11,895 nucleotides of DNA from NCBI GenBank assembly GCA_016839785.1, contig JAEOTQ010000086.1, positions 1-11,895 on the forward strand. The letters are read 5' to 3'. Made by a program: the position numbers and the translations under genes. The notes below the pieces were generated by a model, which saw only the letters and a program-made list of their open reading frames with translations, was not told the origin of the DNA and searched no databases. Source of the stretch: Candidatus Hodarchaeota archaeon (GTDB lineage Archaea; Asgardarchaeota; Heimdallarchaeia; Hodarchaeales; Hodarchaeaceae). This document shows, piece by piece, positions 1-6,223 of this stretch (the first letter of the stretch is position 1; every line of letters starts with the position of its first letter).

Positions 1-2
1 AA

Positions 3-437
3 CGGTTCGGTGCTAGAGCATATTTTCGAATATCAAGAGAGGGATTAATCATTACCCTTTTATCTGTTCTTGTGGGGTTCCCTATGCTTGCTGTAGGTGC
101 TGTCTTCTGGTGGGGTGAAGCTGCTTCTTCTATTGGTATAAGAGGTAGAGTATCCGCAGCAGGCCCAATATCAAATCTAATATTGATTGGGTTTTCGTAT
201 TTACTGATAGGCATTAGCTTCGCGATCATTCCAGCAAATTTAGACCTAGGTTCAATTCTTCAGGAAGTAGGAATAGTGGGTGTATCTTTGAATATATTTA
301 TTGGTCTTTTCAATCTCCTACCCATTGGTGTCCTTGACGGAGCTAAAGTATTAGCATGGGATGTAAGAATCTGGATTGCTCTCATTGGAATATTTCTATT
401 CTTCGGATTTATCGGTGGTGGATTTGGATTATTCTAA
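3..437 (+). CDS. Site-2 protease (peptidase M50 family) intramembrane zinc metalloprotease, 5'-truncated by the window edge
   Basis: The frame is open from position 3 (RFGARAYFRISREGLIITLLSVLVGFPMLAVGAVF...), so the gene begins upstream of the window rather than at 72. It has the M50 signatures 'VSAAGPISN' and 'FNLLPIGVLDGAKV' (NxxPxxxxDG, third Zn ligand) and hydrophobic TM segments. The HExxH motif is expected just upstream of the window. Ends in TAA. Confidence 0.9.
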   Translation, partial: RFGARAYFRISREGLIITLLSVLVGFPMLAVGAVFWWGEAASSIGIRGRVSAAGPISNLILIGFSYLLIGISFAIIPANLDLGSILQEVGIVGVSLNIFIGLFNLLPIGVLDGAKVLAWDVRIWIALIGIFLFFGFIGGGFGLF

Positions 438-485
438 AACATAGGAATTCACTATTAAATGTATGATTGAAGGAAAAATTAAAGT

Positions 486-1928
486 TTATTTTATAATTGA
501 AGACCATGGATAACGTTTGGCAATTTCGGAAAGCAAACGATCCACTTTTTTCTCCTCGAAAGTATCGTGATAGCATAATGTGAGGACTGTTCCTCCACGG
601 GTTCGTTTCATTCGCTGATACATGGTCTTAACCGTATTCACGACATCATAAACAATCAGGAGATCTGCTTGTGGTATATCGATATCTCGCTCTCCTACAC
701 TTGTCATAATTAGTATAGCCTTTGTTGAATGGCTTTTAAAGGCATTTAAAACTTCAGCTTTCTTCTGGACTTCTCCTGTTACTAAATATGGAGAAAATCC
801 TTCTTCCCTGACTTTTTCAACTAGTAAATGAGCTGTGTCAAGATAGGAACAGAGTACGACTGTCTTTGAAGATTCTGAACGTTCATTAAGAAGTTTTAGG
901 ATTCGTTTTATTTTAGCATTCGTCTCAGGAATCGCATAAATCATCTGTTTATCTATACCAAATTTCTTAAGTCGGAACAAAAACTTCTTATATTTCCCTA
1001 CTTGCATAGAAACAGCATATTTGCGTGTTAGTAGTAAGCCATTGTACTTCTGTGTGTCATTTGCTTCTAGCATGCCTGATACAAGCGCCAGCTGAGAGAT
1101 TGGAATCATTTCAAGGAGTGTAGGATTTTCAGCCCTTTGTTCTTCTAAAATAGCTTCTCTAAGTCCCTTAATTGCCTGATCGATCTGTTGCAGGATTGTC
1201 CTCAATGCTTCGCTAGGCTGAACTAAATCTTTTCTGATTTGTGTATATTTTATGTATTTGTCAACATCTGTTTCTGAGAGCAATTCATCCATGGTAATAA
1301 TTTCTAAATCTGGGATTCTTCTATCTAAGGTAATTTTTTCATCACGGATTTTAATTTGGTCTTGATGTCTATCATAAAATATATGAGAATCACGAAGGGT
1401 TCCAGTCATACCAACGATCCATGCATCCTGGATAAAATACGGAATTAAGGTATTATATGGAAAAACAAGTAACCTGGAATCGCCCTGACGTCTTACAATC
1501 TTATCAACTTCATTAATTATAACAGTATCAAATTTAGGTTTATCACCAATAATTTTTTCAAATACATTGGCAAAAGTTTGTGGAGTTGAAGCAACAATTC
1601 GTGAATTAGTAATAATTTTTTTTCGTAACCATGTAGGAGTTCGTGAAGAGAATGATTGGAAATCACTTTCTTTGAATCCTCCATATTCTTTTTCAAAATA
1701 GTGGATTGTTTCTAAATAACTTGTGGTGGAATGTAAAAGCAGTAAAACTCTTTGAGTAGGTAATATCTCTTTAATAAGAAGATAAGTAAGAACTCTTTTA
1801 CCTAAACCTGTATCTACTTCAGCTATACAATGGATTTTTCTTTTAAAATTCCTTTTCAACCGTCCGAGAATTGCTGTTTGATATTCTCGTTTCTGAATTA
1901 CAGTCTGAGGAGAGTTATCGTGATCCAA
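486..1928 (-). CDS. Superfamily-2 helicase-like protein of the Hef/FANCM/Mph1 type, without nuclease domain, with degenerate ATPase motifs
   Basis: Q motif REYQ; motif I DTGLGKR; Ib IVASTPQT; II IINEVD; III GMTGT; helical insert; IV KTVVLCSYLDTA; V MTSVGERDIDIPQAD; VI YQRMKRTRG. The start is uncertain (TTG at 1928). Confidence 0.85.
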   Translation of the reverse strand: MDHDNSPQTVIQKREYQTAILGRLKRNFKRKIHCIAEVDTGLGKRVLTYLLIKEILPTQRVLLLLHSTTSYLETIHYFEKEYGGFKESDFQSFSSRTPTWLRKKIITNSRIVASTPQTFANVFEKIIGDKPKFDTVIINEVDKIVRRQGDSRLLVFPYNTLIPYFIQDAWIVGMTGTLRDSHIFYDRHQDQIKIRDEKITLDRRIPDLEIITMDELLSETDVDKYIKYTQIRKDLVQPSEALRTILQQIDQAIKGLREAILEEQRAENPTLLEMIPISQLALVSGMLEANDTQKYNGLLLTRKYAVSMQVGKYKKFLFRLKKFGIDKQMIYAIPETNAKIKRILKLLNERSESSKTVVLCSYLDTAHLLVEKVREEGFSPYLVTGEVQKKAEVLNAFKSHSTKAILIMTSVGERDIDIPQADLLIVYDVVNTVKTMYQRMKRTRGGTVLTLCYHDTFEEKKVDRLLSEIAKRYPWSSIIK

Positions 1929-1981
1929 CTTGAATGCATGGCTCCTTTAGCCATTATTTGTATTCATTGATTTTTCTTCTC

Positions 1982-1999
1982 TTTTATTAATTCATAAAA
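1982..1999. promoter_or_regulatory. Candidate TATA-like AT-rich element in the divergent helicase/EamA intergenic region
   Basis: TTTTATTAATTCATAAAA lies between two divergent start codons and resembles the archaeal TTTAWA box. Sequence resemblance only. Confidence 0.35.
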
Positions 2000-2042
2000 A
2001 ATCTGCCTCTCAGAATCACTCTCTACTTGATTTGGATTTGTA

Positions 2043-2996
2043 GTGATGCAAAAACGTATTCTTATTGGTTATTTAGTGACTATAGCTGCAGGACTTTCGT
2101 TCGGCTTTATCCCAATAATTATTGCTCTTTTGCGAGACATAGAAGTCTCCATTTTAGAACAACTTTTTCTTAGATTATTCATTGGTGGTATTGTAGGAAT
2201 TGTTGGCATTGGGAGTTATTTTATATGGAAAAAGGATATTTTTGAACTTGTTAGGAATAAAAACGTTCAAAAAAGCTATATCTGGCAAGGATTTTTCTTT
2301 ACGATAGCAATAGCGATGTACATATGGTCTATTATCCTTAACACGCCTGTTGGGGAGGCCTCCCTTCTTATTCAAATTCATCCTCTCATCACACTTATTC
2401 TAGGAGCGTTCTTTCTAAACGAAATAGTAAATAGAAGGAAATTGGTGTCAATTTTACTAGGATTTACTGGTTTATTACTTCTTACTCGTCCGTGGGAAAG
2501 CTCACGCTTTCTATCCTCTCTTCTTGGCGATCTCCTTGCCACTATGAATGGCATTTTTTATGCCATTTATCTTGTAATAGGAGTATATAGCACTAAGATT
2601 CGCACAAAAATACCCCCCTCTCTCTCAGTATTCTGGGTATTATTCTGGGGTTTCATTTGGGGAGTGATACTTATTTCAATTCTTTATCTATCTCCCATTA
2701 ATGGTGATAATTTCTCTTTTAGCCTGAACAGCTTAGTCTCAGGACCTGTACTTCTTTTAGGAATTCTTTTAGCTACACTCGGGAGTATCTTACCATATGG
2801 ATTACTCATGCTGTCAAACAAATTTGAAATTGAATCATCAATTCAATCCATCTTAGGATTGGGTGAACCTATAGCTGCAGCCATCCTTGGTTATTGGATC
2901 TTATCCGAACAAATCACAATCTGGTACCTTGTGGGTGGTTTCTTTCTTTTACTTGCTATTATAAATATCATAGCAACCTCGAACTCAGAAATTTGA
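2043..2996 (+). CDS. EamA/DMT (drug-metabolite transporter) family permease, about 10 TM helices
   Basis: Two EamA repeats. First: 'GEASLLIQIHPLITLILGAFFLNEIVNRRKLVSILLGFTG'. Second: 'SILGLGEPIAAAILGYWILSEQITIWYLVGG'. Start is GTG 2043 or ATG 2046. Confidence 0.92.
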   Translation: MMQKRILIGYLVTIAAGLSFGFIPIIIALLRDIEVSILEQLFLRLFIGGIVGIVGIGSYFIWKKDIFELVRNKNVQKSYIWQGFFFTIAIAMYIWSIILNTPVGEASLLIQIHPLITLILGAFFLNEIVNRRKLVSILLGFTGLLLLTRPWESSRFLSSLLGDLLATMNGIFYAIYLVIGVYSTKIRTKIPPSLSVFWVLFWGFIWGVILISILYLSPINGDNFSFSLNSLVSGPVLLLGILLATLGSILPYGLLMLSNKFEIESSIQSILGLGEPIAAAILGYWILSEQITIWYLVGGFFLLLAIINIIATSNSEI

Positions 2997-3027
2997 CCCC
3001 TAAAAGAGGATTTCGACGCTTTCAGGA

Positions 3028-3537
3028 TTATTCTTTTACCCAAAAGTGTTCGTATTTTTCTAAATTGGGACGGAGGATCGCGTTTTTACTCCAACTAGCG
3101 TCATATTGCATTGGGGATCCCTGTGCCATTTATATGACTTTTCTTGTATATTCTGTTACAAGAGGATCCTTATCTAACTCTGTGAGGGGTATCCAGCTAA
3201 CGTCAGCTACTTCTTCGTCGTCTTGAACAAGCTACTGTCCTTCACATTCCAACTTGCATAGAAACACGCAATAGAGGTCAGTTAAGTGGTCAGTGGTTCT
3301 GACCATACTTCTTAATCCAACTACTCCGACAGGATGAACAGATATACCTGTTTCTTCCAAAATTTCTCTTACTATAGCTTCTTGAAGAGTTTCTCCCTCA
3401 TCTACAAGGCCCCCTGGAATTAACCACTTCCCTATTGCTGGACCGTAAGTTAATTTCACAAGTAATACACGAGAATCATGAATAACAACTCCTCCAACTC
3501 CTATGAAATGACAGGCAAAGGATTTTGGATAGTTCAT
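3028..3537 (-). pseudogene. Nudix hydrolase (ADP-ribose pyrophosphatase/MutT-like) interrupted by in-frame TAG (3232-3234) and TAA (3130-3132); pseudogene or recoded gene
   Basis: The Nudix box [23 protein letters not shown] is intact. My translation past the TAG gives LVQDDEEVADVSWIPLTELDKDPLVTEYTRKVI*MAQGSPMQYDASWSKNAILRPNLEKYEHFWVKE*. 'EVADVSWIPL' is the typical Nudix C-terminal strand (E..d..W.p). ATG 3537 or 3549 is a more likely start than TTG 3561. Confidence 0.8.
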
Positions 3538-3560
3538 AATAAATTTCATTCCATAGTACA

Positions 3561-3592
3561 ATTAAATTTAATATACTCTTTGAATTTCAAAG
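3561..3592. promoter_or_regulatory. Two adjacent palindromes in the divergent Nudix/orphan intergenic region, with an overlapping TATA-like box
   Basis: ATTAAATTTAAT (3561-3572) is a perfect 12-bp palindrome overlapping TTTAATATA. CTTTGAA-T-TTCAAAG (3578-3592) has perfect 7-bp arms. Confidence 0.5.
3571..3585 (+). repeat. 15-bp direct repeat, left copy
   Basis: ATATACTCTTTGAAT matches 4036-4050 (ATATACTCTTTCAAT) at 14 of 15 positions. Confidence 0.75.
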
Positions 3593-3629
3593 TAGCTGCT
3601 TATCTATTCAGGTTAAGGAATATGATGAT

Positions 3630-4028
3630 TTGAAGATATGGAAAGTATTAGTTTTAATCTTTGGTGGAATATGTCTATCCATTATCCTTTTTGGCTTTAT
3701 TTTCTTTGAATTGAGTAATATGTGTTATCCAACTGGATATAGATTGACACTAATCGAAAATACAACAGAGTTTAATCAACCATATCTAAACAAAACTAGT
3801 TTCGATTTCGACCAGTTTCCAACCTTAAAGAGAGCGATGAGAGAGCTCATAGATCTGGACAGTTTAGAAAGAACAGGTAACTCTGTAGTGTCCGAATTCG
3901 ATAATTGTCGGAATGAAGTTGATAATTACCTTAAAAAGGGTAATTTCTTAGAATATAATAACACAAAATACTCCCATTTTGCGTATTATCACTATTTTTT
4001 TGAATTGATAGCTGCTTGGATTGCTTAA
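3630..4028 (+). CDS. Hypothetical membrane-anchored protein (N-terminal signal anchor plus small soluble domain)
   Basis: 132-aa ORF. MKIWK is followed by about 22 hydrophobic residues and then a polar domain containing two Cys. AAGGAA lies upstream of the TTG start. The ORF fills the gap between its neighbours. No family recognised. Confidence 0.7.
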   Translation: MKIWKVLVLIFGGICLSIILFGFIFFELSNMCYPTGYRLTLIENTTEFNQPYLNKTSFDFDQFPTLKRAMRELIDLDSLERTGNSVVSEFDNCRNEVDNYLKKGNFLEYNNTKYSHFAYYHYFFELIAAWIA

Positions 4029-4035
4029 TTTCGCT

Positions 4036-4050
4036 ATATACTCTTTCAAT
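4036..4050 (+). repeat. 15-bp direct repeat, right copy
   Basis: ATATACTCTTTCAAT matches 3571-3585 at 14 of 15 positions and begins 7 nt after the orphan's stop codon. Confidence 0.75.
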
Positions 4051-4072
4051 CAATGATTATTCAATGATCGAA
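4045..4072 (-). terminator. Putative stem-loop between convergent genes
   Basis: Minus-strand RNA UUCGAUCA-U-UGA-AUAA-UCA-U-UGAUUGAA folds into 8 bp (one G-U), a U/U mismatch, 3 bp and a 4-nt loop. It lies 11 nt after the stop of the helical-rod gene. There is no U-tract, so terminator function is uncertain. Confidence 0.4.
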
Positions 4073-4083
4073 TAAATTGTCAA

Positions 4084-6069
4084 TTACCTGAGATCTTTGA
4101 TAATTCCCTTGGTAGTAGTGGAGATTTGTTTGATAGAGGCGGTAATATTTTCCGAGTTAGCAGTAACATCGTTTTTAAACGTATCGACCGAGGAATCAAG
4201 ACTATTTTGAGCTTCTTCGAATTTCACATCCATCTTCCTCCTTTGATCATCGATATACTCACGTTCATCACGAGTTTTTCCTATATAATTATCAGCATTT
4301 TTCTGGACTTCATTGAAGAATACATCGAATCGATCTTGCAACGATGAGCTATATTTATCTAAAGTGCCTTGATGGTCAGCAAGCTTCTGAGATGCACTCG
4401 TTCGAAATTCGATAAGAGAATTTTTATGGTCATCTTCTAAACTTCCAACTAATGATTTTGTTGATTCTTCACTTTCCTTTACAGCTTGATCGAGTCTATC
4501 ATTAGTTGTAGAAACAATACTTTGTATAGCAACTAGTCCATCTTGTTCAATGGTACGAATTTGCTTTCTCAAGTCATCGAATGCTGCTGTACTGGATCGT
4601 TTAAGTTCGGTATTCTTGGCATGAATAATTTCACGATTTGCTTCTACCGCAGTATCAGCAGCAGGGGCTATTGATGAAACAGTAGTGAGTAACTCGCTTT
4701 GCTTTGATTTCAAATTCTTTCTTACATCGGTTAGAGTAATTTCAATGTTCTTTTCTTGACCTGTTTGGATTTCCTTAAATTGTTGACTAATGCCTGACTG
4801 TAAATCACCGAGAGTTGTTTCATGTTTTGCTAAAACATTCTTCATTCCTGTCTGAGATTTCTTAAAAAAGTCCAGTATAGACCCATTAAGATCCGAAGTC
4901 GTCTCATTTAACTTTGTCTTAGTTTTTACTCCGAATTGATCAAAAGAACTATTTATATTCGAATACCAATTCTCAAATGCTTTTGTTAAAGTCTCTGTAG
5001 TTCGAATTCGCTTTTTACTAAAATCTGATGAAACGCGTTCCAGTGAAGAGAGAATTTGATCTTCTAGTTGACGAAATCCAGATTTTAGTGAATTCTCAAA
5101 TTCTGTGGTGACATTAGATTGTAATTCTTCGTTAGTGTTAAGAGCTGATATGAAAGATTCGAATACATTCTCCTTTATATTAGTAATAGTCTGTTGTTGT
5201 TCACCTTGATATTTTTGCCACTCAGCGTAATATCCTTCAACTCCCTTTTCTATTTTTAATTTCACTTCTTCTTTTTGCTCATTAATGATTTGAATTACGC
5301 TTTGCTGGGATTCATCGAGTAGCTCTTTTTGCTTTTTGAGATTATCTTCAAGACGTGCTTTAAGACCATCTATTCCTGCAAGGAGGTCTTCTTTTGCGAT
5401 TTCTAGTCTCGAGACAGATTGACGCATTGTATTAGCAAATACATTATCCAGTTCACTTTCCTTGGCATCACCTATTTGGGACATTCGTTTGTTAAATTCA
5501 TCTAACGCTTGATGAAAGGATGTCGCTACTCCATCAGACATTTCTCCAATATTAGTATTCTCTCTTTCCACTGTACTAACGAATTCCTTCTGAATATCAG
5601 CTAACTTATTGGAAATTTGATCCTGGAATTCTTTAATCTGTTTATACTGATAAGAGTAAATATCATTTAAACCTGTATTCACTTTTCCCCCCATTTGCTG
5701 ATAAATTTGGGAAATTTCCTCTTCCTGTTTCGAGGTCAGCGAATTTAATTGTGTTTGCAGTGAAGTCGTTTCTTTCTGTAATTGACCAATTATCTTCTCT
5801 AAGCGAGAACCGAAAGTTCCTTTATCAGACTCCAGGTCATTTTTAAGCCCACTTAAACTATCCGTTAGGTCACTAACAGTTGTAGCTAACTTAGAAATCT
5901 GTGTTAAAATGTCGGATTTACCCTGATCTATACTCTGGGAGACAGAAGTTGCTTGTTTCTTAATATCTTGTCGAAAATCCTTTACTCGACTATCATATTG
6001 ACCACTCTCACTTTCAAGCTTGGCAAGATGATCCTTAATTATCCTTACTTTGTTATCTCGTTCAGACAT
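4084..6069 (-). CDS. Long all-alpha-helical (coiled-coil/apolipoprotein-like hendecad repeat) protein, about 661 aa
   Basis: Rich in Q/E/K/S/T/D. I find only one Pro (SIAPAAD), no TM segment and no enzymatic motif. Hydrophobic residues show 3-4-4 spacing. ATG 6069 (MSERDNK) is preferred over 6090 because an SD-like GGGTG (6081-6077) lies 7 nt upstream. Confidence 0.88.
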   Translation of the reverse strand: MSERDNKVRIIKDHLAKLESESGQYDSRVKDFRQDIKKQATSVSQSIDQGKSDILTQISKLATTVSDLTDSLSGLKNDLESDKGTFGSRLEKIIGQLQKETTSLQTQLNSLTSKQEEEISQIYQQMGGKVNTGLNDIYSYQYKQIKEFQDQISNKLADIQKEFVSTVERENTNIGEMSDGVATSFHQALDEFNKRMSQIGDAKESELDNVFANTMRQSVSRLEIAKEDLLAGIDGLKARLEDNLKKQKELLDESQQSVIQIINEQKEEVKLKIEKGVEGYYAEWQKYQGEQQQTITNIKENVFESFISALNTNEELQSNVTTEFENSLKSGFRQLEDQILSSLERVSSDFSKKRIRTTETLTKAFENWYSNINSSFDQFGVKTKTKLNETTSDLNGSILDFFKKSQTGMKNVLAKHETTLGDLQSGISQQFKEIQTGQEKNIEITLTDVRKNLKSKQSELLTTVSSIAPAADTAVEANREIIHAKNTELKRSSTAAFDDLRKQIRTIEQDGLVAIQSIVSTTNDRLDQAVKESEESTKSLVGSLEDDHKNSLIEFRTSASQKLADHQGTLDKYSSSLQDRFDVFFNEVQKNADNYIGKTRDEREYIDDQRRKMDVKFEEAQNSLDSSVDTFKNDVTANSENITASIKQISTTTKGIIKDLR

Positions 6070-6209
6070 CAATATACACCCAATTAACATCGTATTAGTA
6101 TTATAATTAGTGATTATTCCGAATTAAATTATAGTTATTGCCAGTAAAATTGTGTTTTTAAGTAGATATCAAACTCCGTCAATCAATTTGTAATACTTAT
6201 ACATTCTTC

Positions 6210-6223
6210 TTGAGGTACCTCAA
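6210..6223 (+). promoter_or_regulatory. Perfect 14-bp palindrome containing the Shine-Dalgarno site of the GNAT gene
   Basis: TTGAGGTACCTCAA. GAGGT is at 6212-6216, and the last A is the first base of ATG 6223. Confidence 0.65.

Noticed and set aside
72-437. ORF-track start at GTG 72 for the first gene
   Set aside because: The frame is open to the window edge with M50-like sequence and the HExxH motif is missing, so the true start lies upstream of the window.
486-1928. Helicase as part of a defence system (type I/III restriction, Cas3, DISARM)
   Set aside because: No nuclease, DNA methyltransferase, cas gene or array nearby. The motifs fit the Hef/FANCM lineage, and the only methyltransferase is UbiE-type.
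2175-2381. 68-aa minus-strand ORF
   Set aside because: Antisense shadow inside the well-supported EamA gene, with no motif.
2894-3226. 110-aa plus-strand ORF
   Set aside because: It overlaps the EamA 3' end and lies antisense to the Nudix C-terminal coding remnant, which explains this interval better. No recognisable features.
4126-4347. 73-aa plus-strand ORF with a hydrophobic stretch
   Set aside because: Antisense to the K/E/Q-rich rod gene. The hydrophobicity is the expected artefact of reverse-complemented A-rich codons.
4084-6090. Rod protein as SMC/Rad50, chemoreceptor or phage tape-measure protein
   Set aside because: No Walker A/B, hinge or CxxC hook, no MCP hairpin signature or TM helices, and no phage genes nearby.
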